The notes below the pieces were generated by a model that saw nothing but the letters and a program-made list of their open reading frames with translations, made no database searches and was not told the DNA's origin. Shown one piece after another: positions 26,669 through 36,771 of a stretch of DNA of 64,000 bases; position 1 is the stretch's first letter, and each line of letters opens with the position of its first letter. The translations under genes and the position numbers were made by a program. Source of the stretch: Leucoraja ocellata (taxonomy: Eukaryota); contig JAWMAR010000070.1 of the NCBI GenBank assembly GCA_036785375.1, positions 7,378,001 through 7,442,000 on the forward strand, in the 5' to 3' direction.

Positions 26669-26941
26669 TTTTATACCGACTCCCGGCTTCTCCTGCCCCT
26701 CATTGTCTGCCCTCACGTACATTCAACCAATCACTGCCTCCCACGGAGCATTGGCCGGAGTCAGCCGCGACCTCTCCACCCTCTGCCAAACGTGTCGTTG
26801 CATCAGCCGTTAACGTTTAACAAGAACAACGTCATCCCAGCTGCCAGCGGCCAACCAGGCGCCCCACACATCCTGCTTGTGTCTCCACCACGTCTCGCTT
26901 TGGCCACCCATCGGACCAGATGTCCCAGCCACGCCACGTCA
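26669..26941 (-). promoter_or_regulatory. Promoter of A3: TATA 26669-26675, ERSE 26727-26745, UPRE 26934-26941
   Basis: Motifs read directly. Confidence 0.7.
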
Positions 26942-28760
26942 CCACCACAGCCCTTGGCACCTGCGCTGGTTCCACAGTTTATACTCAATCTGAGCCGGCA
27001 GCTGGGATGGCGTTGGATCAATTCTTCCTTCCCAACAACCATCAGGCTGTTGAACACGACACGACACTGAGGTCAACGATGAACGTCTATGGAATGTCCA
27101 AGGTTGCACTAATGCCCCTGTCCCACTTAGGAAACCTGAACGGAAACCTCTGGAGACTTAGCGCCCCACCCAAGGTTTCCGTGCGGTTCACGGAGGTTTT
27201 TGTCTGTCTCCCTACCTGCTTCCACTACCTGCAACCTCCGGCAACCACCTGCAACCTCCGGGAACCACCTGCAACCTCCGGGAACCTTCGGGACGAAACG
27301 TTGCCTATTTCCTTCACTCCATAGATGCTGCTGCACCCGCTGAGTTTCTCCAGCATTTTTGTGTACCTTCGATTTTCCAGTATCTGCAGTTTCTTCTTCA
27401 ACATCAAATAGAACAAGTTGTCCTACAACTTTAGGCTGTGCACGCCACACGAAAGAAGAAGTTGACATGTCTGTCCCGCCATCCCGGGTATTAACCTGGT
27501 GAACCTACGTTGCACTCCCTCAATAGCAAGAATGCCCTTCCTCAAAATGACAGTGAAGTGCTGCCTCTACAGAGACACCCAATAGACCTGATAGAATGGT
27601 ATAAAATGATGAGAGGCGTAGATAGCTGAGATAACCTGAAGCAATTTCCCGAAGGCTTTGGAGACGGTGCAGAAGCAGTTCCCCAGAATGATGTCGGGAT
27701 CGGAGGTTGTTAGTTATATGGACAGGTTGGATAATCTTGGATTAGTTTCTCTAGAACTTCAGATGTTGAGCGGAGACCTGACAGAAGGTAATAAAATTCT
27801 TAAGGGGTTGGACAGGCTAGATGCAGGAACGTTGTTCCCGATGTTGGGGAAGTCCAGAACTAGGGGTCACAGTTTAAGGATAAGGGGGAAATCTTTTAGG
27901 ACCGAGATGAGAAAAACATTTTTCACACAGAGAGTGGTGAATGTGGAATTCTCTGCCACAGAAGGTATTTGAGGCCAGTTCATTGGCTATATTTAAGAGG
28001 GAGTTAGATGTGGCCCTTGTGGCTAAAGGGATCAGGGGGTATGGAGAGAAGGCAGGTACTGGATACTGAGTTTGATGATCAGCCATGATCATATTGAATG
28101 GCGGTGCAGGCTCGAAGGGCCGAATGGCCTCTACTCCTGCACCTATTGTCTATTGTCTACTGTCTATTGTCTATTGAGATAGGAAACATTTAAAGATACA
28201 AGTGGAGGTAGTTACAATAGTTCAGAGACTTTATCTAAAAAATCTCATGGTCATGCAGGGAATTGAGATTATGGATCAGGTGCAGGCAGAGGAGATTAGC
28301 TGAACTTGGCATCATGTTCAGCACGGACCATGTGGGCCGAAGGGCCTGTTCCTGTGCTGTTCCATGTTCTATGTTACATAGTCTTCTCAATCACATCTTG
28401 AGAAGAACATTTTCCAGAGGTGCCCTGGTACCACCAGTGTGACATTCATTGTATCTGCTGCAGTCAATGAGTGTGTTGTGTAGACAGCCAGAGGAGAAGA
28501 TGGGATTTATGTGGAGTTTCATTTTGTAATCATTATTTATTTAATGTCATAGTGTAATAGAGTCATATAGTGATACAGTGTGGAAACAGGCCCTTCGGCC
28601 CAACTTGCCCACACTGGCCAACATGTCCCAGCTACACTAGTCCCACCTGCCTGTGTTTGGTCCATATCCTTCTAAATCTGACCTATACCTGTTCCTGTTT
28701 AACTGTTTCTTAAACGTCGGGATAGTTTCTGCCTCAACAGCGATGAGTTGACCAGAACGA

Positions 28761-28986
28761 GACGTGGTGGAGACACAAGCAGGATGTGTGGGGCGCCTGG
28801 TTGGCCGCTGGCAGCTGGGATGACGTTGTTCTTGTTAAACGTTAACGGCTGATGCAACGACACGTTTGGCAGAGGGTGGAGAGGTCGCGGCTGACTCCGG
28901 CCAATGCTCCGTGGGAGGCAGTGATTGGTTGAATGTACGTGAGGGCAGACAATGAGGGGCAGGAGAAGCCGGGAGTCGGTATAAAA
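28761..28986 (+). promoter_or_regulatory. Promoter of B1: GACGTGG 28761, TGATGCAAC 28850, CCAAT 28901, inverted ERSE 28910-28928, TATAAAA 28980-28986
   Basis: Motifs read directly; conserved in nine copies. Confidence 0.72.
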
Positions 28987-29085
28987 GGAGCGAGCGATGG
29001 CAGGAGATGAGAACAAGACCGACCCCGTCACCCTGTGTGGAGACTCCGGAGCTGGTAACCAACCCTGTGGATCCTTCAAGTGTCT

Positions 29086-29628
29086 GTGAGTGATGGGGGT
29101 GGGATTGTCTCTGTTCACTGTTCCCCCAGTTCAGAAGCCTGATAGCAGAGGGGAAGAAGCTGTTCCTGAGTCTGGTGGTGCGCGCTTTCAAGCTTCTGTA
29201 CCGTCTGCTAGACAGGACCAGGAAGAAGGAGGAATGACTGGGGTGGGACAAGTGGTGGAGTCATAGAGTCACAGCGAGACCTTCGGCTCAACTTGCCCGC
29301 GCCCACCAACGTGTCCCCATCAATACTAGACCCACCTGCCTGCGTTTGGCCCTTACCCCCCTAATCCTGTCCTATCAATGTACCTGTCTAACTGTTTCTT
29401 AATCATTGTGACAGTACCTGCCTCAACTACCTCTTCCGGCAGCTCGTTCCAAACACCCTCCACCCTTTGTGTAAAAAAGTCACCCCTCAGTTTCCCATGA
29501 AATCTTTCCCCCCCTCGCCTTAAACCGATGTCCTCTGGTTCTCGATTCCCCAACTCTGGGCGGGTTCAGGGAATGTCATCATGAATCCTACTGAGTTGCA
29601 ATAAGGTGACCCATTGTTTCACCCACAG
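29086..29628 (+). other. Predicted 5'UTR intron of B1 (GTGAGT...ttgtttcacccacAG), containing antisense Rex/Babar and CR1 fragments; homologous intron in all copies
   Basis: Consensus donor ~100 nt after the TATA box; pyrimidine-rich acceptor 4 nt before the ATG. Alternative donor CTG|GTAACC at 29055. Confidence 0.65.
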
Positions 29629-29632
29629 GAAC

Positions 29633-30172
29633 ATGGGACTGCAGAGATGGATAGGATTCATGGTCCTTGTGGAGATGGTGTGGCAAGTCTCCGTAACTGG
29701 AACAGGTCCGATCTCCAGAGAATGGGGAGAGGAAGCAAACTTGGCCGGGCGGAACGCACGGGCGTATTTCAAAGTCACCAATAAACCGCTTCCAAGATGC
29801 ACGAACGAGTCAGATTCTGATGCCATCAGTCATCACCCATCACCGATTAACAAGAAGGTGCTCGTTGCATCTCTGGGCGGTTCTGTTACGTTGCCATGTA
29901 ATATATCCATCCTTAAAAATCATTACAGGTTTGTTGAATGGATAAAAGATGGTGTTGAAATTGCCCATTTCCATGAGAGAGCGTATGCGCATTATACGGG
30001 ATCTGATGTTCACTGGAAGTTCGTTGATCACGACGTCTATGTGACTCAGGACGCCACGTTGCTCCTGACAGGTGTAAAAGAGGAAGATAAAGGGACGTAT
30101 TCCTGTGTTTGGTCCGTGTATAGAGATAGACCGTTTTGTGAATTATTGATGCAGCTGGTGATCTCTCACTGA
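29633..30172 (+). CDS. Secreted single V-set Ig-domain protein, copy B1 (179 aa)
   Basis: Leader; RNAR-AYFK junction; LGGSVTLPC, VEW, DATLLLTGVKEEDKGTYSC, extra Cys PFCELL; stop after the G strand. Confidence 0.9.
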   Translation: MGLQRWIGFMVLVEMVWQVSVTGTGPISREWGEEANLAGRNARAYFKVTNKPLPRCTNESDSDAISHHPSPINKKVLVASLGGSVTLPCNISILKNHYRFVEWIKDGVEIAHFHERAYAHYTGSDVHWKFVDHDVYVTQDATLLLTGVKEEDKGTYSCVWSVYRDRPFCELLMQLVISH

Positions 30173-31016
30173 TTCAGCAGGGCCAGTCCCAGGGTCAGTA
30201 GCAAAGTCTAGTTTAGTTTAGTTCCGTTCAGAGGTACAACAGGGAAACAAGCCCTTCGGCCCACAGAGTCAACGGGGACCAGTGATCACCCCATATACTA
30301 GTACTATCCCACACACTAGATACAATTTACACTGACCAATTAACCTACAAACCTGCACGTCTCTGGGGTGTGGGACGAAACCGGAGCACCCGGATTCCAA
30401 AGAGGAAGGAAGATTCCAAGGGGAGTTAGGGGCGACCGTGGCTGACAAGGGAAGTCAGGGACACTATCACAATAAAAGAGAACAGGTATAACGTTGCAAA
30501 GATGAGCGGAAAGCCAGGGGATTGGGTAACTCTTTTAAAGAGCAACAGAAGATAACTAAAAAAGCAATACGGGGAGAAATGATGAGGTATGAAGGTAAGA
30601 TAGCCAAGAATAGTAAGGAGGATCGTAAAAGCTTCTTTAGATATGTGAAAAAAATTAGTTCAGACTAAAATTGGACCTTTATAGACTAAAAACTTTGGAT
30701 CCGTCTTCACTAAGGAGAACACAAACAATCTCCCTGATGTATTAGTGGTCAGAGGATCTGGGGACAACGGAGAGCCAGTGGATGTAGTGTACCTGGACTT
30801 GCAGGAAGTATTTGATAAGGTCCCACATAGGAGATTAGTGGGCAAAATTAGAGCACATGGTATTGGGGGAAGGGCCTGTTTCCATATTGTTTGACTCTGA
30901 CACTAAGTAGGGAAGAGTAAAGGTATAAAGATGAGCAGCGTGGAAGGTGTGAGCGTGGATCGCATGCAGTGAGGAGAACTGACCTTGCTTGCTCCGGTAA
31001 ATGTACGTTTAATGTA

Positions 31017-31132
31017 AATAAACTTTCTTCTGCCTGCCCTGAAGACAGCCGGTGTGAGTGATTCTTTGTACGCCAGCATTGAGTTGGGTGTGAACTTTGT
31101 GCAACTTTTGCTCACTACGGGCAACATCGCCG
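31017..31132 (+). terminator. Putative polyadenylation signal of B1 (AATAAA 31017-31022) with GT-rich element; homologues at 38153, 44718, 51121, 57636, 63078
   Basis: The only 3' sequence I found shared between subfamilies A and B. Confidence 0.6.
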
Positions 31133-32376
31133 GATTAAAGGGCCTGTCCCACGAGCATGCGACTCCATGCGGCAAGCGCGACCTAACGTGGTCACTTGAG
31201 CCGTACGGCCTCGCGGGGCCGGTCCCACTTTGATCGCCGGAGCCGTATGGAGTTGTGTGGAGCTGGTCCCGACATCGCGCGGGGCTCTGAAAAACTGAAT
31301 ATGTTAGGATATGGAAACAGGTTCTTCGGCCCACCGAGTCTAACCCAACCAGTGATCACCCCTACACTAGTTCTAACCTACACACTACGGACAATTTACT
31401 GAAGCCAATTAACCTACAAATCTACACATCTTTGTAATCTGAAAGGAAACCAGAGCACCCGGAGGAAACCCACGTGGTCACAGGGACAATGTACATACAC
31501 TGTACAGACAGTGCCCGTAGTTACCATCGAAGGCGGGTCTCTAGCGCTGTAAGGCAGCAACTCTACCGCTGCGCCACTGTACCGCCCCTGCATTGCCCTC
31601 GTGCATTGTTAGGGCTGCTGATTAGAGTCCAGTTTTGACCCTCGTTGGGTGTCAATTGTGGTTGTCAAGGAGCTTTCTTACCTCCGTATGGAGCCTGGTC
31701 TTCCAGTTATAGACCCACACCACCCTGGCCACACTCTCGTATCACCACTACTGAGGGGAAAGTACAGGAGCCTGAGAACCGTGAGCTCCAGGTTCAAGAG
31801 CAGCTTCTTCCCAGCAAGCACAAGGTTGTTGAACCAGCCTGCACAACCCCAACCATAACCCTACGCCACTCACCACAACCCTACACAACCCTGATGGACA
31901 CTGCACCACTGGTGATATAAAGTTACTGTGCAGACCAAGTGCAGATCCATTGGGTCTGCTCCCCCAACGCAATATTCCACCACTCACCCGCTCCCCAACA
32001 CTATATTCCACCACTCACTCATAGCCCCCAACTCTGGAGGCGCGGCTCATTTCGCCGCATCCCCTCTTCCTACTCTTCACCCTCCCTCTTCAATACCTAG
32101 AGGGAGAGAGGAGGGGGAGAGAAGGAGAGAGGCAGAGAGAAAGGAGGTAGAGAGAGAGTGGGAAGGGGTAGAGGGAGAAGGAGGGTGGTAGTGGGGGGGG
32201 GGGAGGGATTAAATACATTCTTCTCAAGCTTACCCCCAGTCTAGTTCAGTCAAAAACCACTGAGTCAAGCACTGGAACAACTAATCTTTATTTTTGGATT
32301 GTACATCAAATTCCCCTACACGATACCTAAACCACTGCGGGTTCAATCCTTGTATCTGCTTGGCCAAGCCCTTCAG

Positions 32377-34172
32377 GTCCCTTGCAGTCAGAAGCAAGTG
32401 AATTGATCATGGGGAACAAGGACATGGCAGACCAATTGAATAACTACTTTGGTTCTGTCTTCACTAAGGAAGACATAAATAATCTGCCGGAAATAGCAGG
32501 GGACCGCGGGTCAAATGAGATGGAGGAACTGAGTGAAATCCAGGTTAGCCGGGAAGTGGTGGTAGGTAAATTGAATGAATTAAAAGCCGATAAATCCCCA
32601 GGGCCAGATAGGTTGCATCCCAGAGTACTTAAGGAAGTAGCCCCAGAAATAGTGGATGCATTAGTGATAATTTTTCAAAACTCTTTAGATTTGGAAGTAG
32701 TTCCTGAGGATTGGAGGGTAGCTAATGTAACACCACATTTTAAAAAGAGAGGGAGAGAGAAAATGGGGAATTACAGACCAGTTAGTCTAACGTCGGTAGT
32801 GGGGAAACTGCTAGAATCAGTTATTAAAGATGGGATAGTAGCACATTTGGAAAGTGGTGAAATCATTGGACAAGGTCAGCATGGATTTATGAAGGGTAAA
32901 TCATGTCTGACGAATCTTATAGAATTTTTCGAGGATGTAACTAGTAGAGTGGATAAGGGAGAACCAGTGGATGTGTTGTATCTGGACTTCCAGAAGGCTT
33001 TCAACAAGGTCCCACATAAGAGATTAGTATACAAACTTAAAGCACACGGTATTGGGGGTTCAGTACTGATGTGGATAGAGAACTGGCTGGCAGACAGAAA
33101 GCAAAGAGTAGGAGTAAACGGGTCCTTTTCAGAATGGCAGGCAGTGACTAGTGGGGTACCGCAAGGCTCAGTTCTGGGACCCCAGCTATTTACGGTATAT
33201 ATTAATGATTTGGACGAGGGAATTGAATGCAACATCTCCAAGTTTGCGGATGACACAAAGCTGGGGGCAGTGTTAGCTGTGAGGAGGATGCTAGGAGGCT
33301 GCAAGGTGACTTGGATAGGCTGGGTTGGTGGGCAAATGCATGGCAGATGCAGTATAATGTGGATAAATGTGAGGTTATCCACTTTGGTGGCAAAAACAGG
33401 AAATTAGACTATTATCTGAATGGTGGCCGATTAGGAAAGGGGGAGATGCAACGAGACCTGGGTGTCATGGTACACCAGTCATTAAAAGTAGGCATGCAGG
33501 TGCAGCAGGCAGTGAAGAAGGCGAATGGTATTTTAGCATTCATAGCAAAAGGATTTGAGTATAGGAGAAGGGAGGTTCTACTGCAGTTGTACATGCTCTT
33601 GGTGAGACCACACCTGGAGTATTGCGTACAGTTTGGTCTCTTAATCTGAGGAAAGACATTCTTGCCATAGAGGGAGTACAGAGAAGGCTCACCAGACTGA
33701 TTCCTGGGATGTCAGGACTTTCATATGACGAAAGACTGGATAGACTCGGTTTGTACTCGCTAGAATTTAGAAGATTGAGGGGGGATCTTATAGAAACTTA
33801 CAAAATTCTTAAGGGGTTGGACAGGCTAGATGCAGGAAAATTGGTCCCGATGTTGGGGAAGTCCAGAACAAGGGGTCACAGTTTAAGGATAAGGGGGAAA
33901 TCTTTTGGGGCCGAGATGAGGAAAACTTTTTTCACACAGCGTGGTGAATCTCTGGAACTCTCTGCCACAGAGGGTAGTTGAAGCCAGTTCATTGGCTATA
34001 TTTAAGAGGGAGTTAGATGTGGCCCTTGTGGCTAAATGGATCAGGTGGTATGGAGAGAACGCAGGTACAGGATACTGAGTTGGATGATCTGCCATGATCA
34101 TATTGAATGGCAGTGCAGGCTCGAAGGGCCGAATGGCCTACTCCTGCACCTGTACCTATATATGTTTCTATG
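32377..34172 (+). mobile_element. 5'-truncated CR1 LINE (~1.8 kb, RT domain with frameshifts), unique to the B1 unit
   Basis: [51 protein letters not shown]; TSD TTCAG (32372-32376 and 34173-34177); empty site ccttcagcctcg in three other units. Confidence 0.93.
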
Positions 34173-34842
34173 TTCAGCCTCGTGCAAGCAGAAACACTCC
34201 AAAAGGTCACGCTGTCCCAAGGATTCTTCCAGAAGATCGACAAAGGACCTCGTGGGGGCTGCCTTTTATAAGTCCCCGAACCTTGAGGGGCCGAACTACA
34301 TAGGGGTGGTCTCTTTACAATCCAATCAAACATATTAATTACATCAGTATATTATAGACAGTTCCCCAGACCACTAACAGTCTCCCACACATTGTTTCAG
34401 GAGAAGCTTCTGGAAGATGCTAACTTAACTTGAATAATGCAACATTTACCCTGGAATTCAAACAAACCTGCCAGGGCTCAACACTTTAGCCAATCAACAA
34501 ACAGTAGGATAACTGCCTGGCACATTATGTACAATATTTACAATGCTGTTACAGTAATCTAATCAACCATGCATTTACACTTCATTGGAGGTCATCTCCA
34601 TGCATGGAAATCGGTATCAAAACATGGGGGGGGCACAATTCCATGGCGGCACACATGCACACGCGTGCATGCGGCACACACGCGAGGATTCAGCCATGGG
34701 CCCTGTGGACGGTAACATCGGGAACTGACTTGGTTGGTGACCGACTCCGAACTCCAGCAACAGCAGCTTCGTCCGCCCGGAATCGTGGGGCTTGAATCGG
34801 CCCGTTCGCGGGGCCTTTCATCGCCCGGCGGGGGTTTCAACA

Positions 34843-35588
34843 TTGGTATTGATGTGGATAGAGAACTGGCTGGCAGACAGAAAGCAAAGAGTAGGAGTAA
34901 ACGGGTCCTTTTCAGAATGGCAGACAGTGACTAGTGGGGTACTGCAAGGCTCAGTGCTGGGACCCCAGCTATTTACAATATATATTAATGATTTGAATGA
35001 GGGAGTTGAATGCAACATCTCCAAGTTTGCGGATGACACGAAACTGGGGGGCAGTGTTAGCTGTGAGGAGGACGCTAGGAGGCCGCAAGGTGACTTGGAT
35101 AGGTTGGGTTAGTGGGAAAATGAATGGAAGATGCAGTATAATGTGGATAGATGTGAGGTTATCCATTTTGGTGGCAAAAACAGGAAAGTAGATTATTATC
35201 TGAATGGTGGCCGATTAGGAAAAGGGGAGATGCAACGAGACCTGGGTGTCATGGTACACCGGTCATTAAAAGTGGGCATGCAGGTGCAGCAGGCAGTGAA
35301 GAAAGAGAATGGTATGTTAGCTTTCATTGCAAAAGGATTTGAGTATAAGAGCAGGGAGGTTCTACTGCAGTTGTACAAGGTCTTGGTGAGACCACACCTG
35401 GAGTATTGCGTACAGTTTTGGTCTCATAATCTGAGGAAAGACATTCTTGCCATAGAGAGAGTACAGAGAAAGTTCACCAGACTGATTCCTGGGATGGCAG
35501 GACTTTATGGCATACTGAGTTGGATGATCAGTATAATCATATTAAATGGCAGTGCAGGCTCGAAGGGCCGAATGGCCTACTCCTGCAC
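34843..35588 (+). mobile_element. Internally deleted CR1 fragment amplified with the tandem unit (also ~40323-41087, 46796-47548, 53301-54057, 58676-59441)
   Basis: [13 protein letters not shown]...FADDTK...RPHLEYCVQFWS with the same junctions in five units. Confidence 0.88.
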
Positions 35589-35898
35589 CTATTTTCCATG
35601 TTTCTATGGGAGCCTCGATCGCCTCGATGCAGCAGTTTGATTTTAAGCCGCTTGGGCGCTGAAAGGCCCCGCGAACGGGACGATTCTGCCCATAGAAAGC
35701 GTCTGATAAAGTCCGGAACACAAAACATGGGCGGGGGGGGAATCGTCCCCCACCTCCCAAAGCATAGGGGGACATGCCCCCTGTCCCCCCCCCCCAGGAT
35801 TCCTGCCCATGGCGGTCACGATGTCTCCTTCACCGCCGCAGTCTCGACGCCTCTATGATGGCCGCGAAAAACTCAGATCTCTGGGTTGACCAGAACGA

Positions 35899-36124
35899 GA
35901 CGTGGTGGAGACACAAGCAGGATGTGTGGGGCGCCTGGTTGGCCGCTGGCAGCTGGGATGACGTTGTTCTTGTTAAACGTTAACGGCTGATGCAACGACA
36001 CGTTTGGCAGAGGGTGGAGAGGTCGCGGCTGACTCCGGCCAATGCTCCGTGGGAGGCAGTGATTGGTTGAATGTACGTGAGGGCAGACAATGAGGGGCAG
36101 GAGAAGCCGGGAGTCGGTATAAAA
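35899..36124 (+). promoter_or_regulatory. Promoter of B2 (ERSE 36048-36066, TATA 36118-36124)
   Basis: Same motif block as B1. Confidence 0.7.
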
Positions 36125-36771
36125 GGAGCGAGCGATGGCAGGAGATGAGAACAAGACCGACCCCGTCACCCTGTGTGGAGACTCCGGAGCTGGTAACCAA
36201 CCCTGTGGATCCTTCAAGTGTCTGTGAGTGATGGGGGTGGGATTGTCTCTGTTCACTGTTCCCCCAGTTCAGAAGCCTGATAGCAGAGGGGAAGAAGCTG
36301 TTCCTGAGTCTGGTGGTGCGCGCTTTCAAGCTTCTGTACCTTCTGCTAGACAGGACCAGGGAGAAGGAGGAATGACAGGGGTGGGACAAGTGATGGAGTC
36401 ATAGAGTCACAGCGAGACCTTCGGCCCAACTTGCCCGCGCCCACCAACGTGTCCCCATCAATACTAGACCCACCTGCCTGCGTTTGGCCCTTACCCCTCT
36501 AATCCTGTCCTATCAATGTACCTGTCTAACTGTTTCTTAATCATTGTGATAGTACCTGCCTCAACTACCTCTTCCGGCAGCTCGTTCCAAACACCCTCCA
36601 CCCTTTGTGTAAAAAAAGTCACCCCTCAGTTTCCCATGAAATCTTTCCCCCCCTCACCTTAAACCGATGTCCTCTGGTTCTCGATTCCCCAACTCTGGGC
36701 GGGTTCAGGGAATGTCATCATGAATCCTACTGAGTTGCAATAAGGTGACCCATTGTTTCACCCACAGGAAC

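Noticed and set aside
27225-27290. Short repeats (ccacctgcaacctcc)n resembling a CRISPR-like array
   Set aside because: Eukaryotic context with no unique spacers; it is an internal minisatellite of a MITE-like repeat.
28997-29085. Upstream ATG (MAGDENKTD..) that would splice in frame to the main ORF
   Set aside because: It lies only 17 nt after the start of the TATA box, upstream of the expected TSS, and would bury the signal peptide.
28835-29251. Repeated 118-138 aa ORFs (..RRYRSLKARTTRLRNSFFPSAIRLLN..) and MNRDNPTP.. ORFs in each unit
   Set aside because: They are a LINE C-terminal fragment read through into the antisense promoter; they recur because the unit is duplicated.
29606-29632. 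ORF-track N-terminal extension MTHCFTHRN (GTG start) on all nine genes
   Set aside because: It is the splice acceptor region (ttgtttcacccacag). The ATG nine codons later starts a normal signal peptide.
29633-30300. Rearranging Ig/TCR/IgNAR V gene segments
   Set aside because: No leader intron, no CACAGTG-spacer-ACAAAAACC after the F-strand Cys, the G strand and stop are germline-encoded, and no J or C exons are seen. The nearby cacagag belongs to a SINE.
32382-33981. 341-aa RT ORF as a host gene or active LINE
   Set aside because: 5'-truncated, frameshifted CR1 ORF2 with no endonuclease or ORF1.
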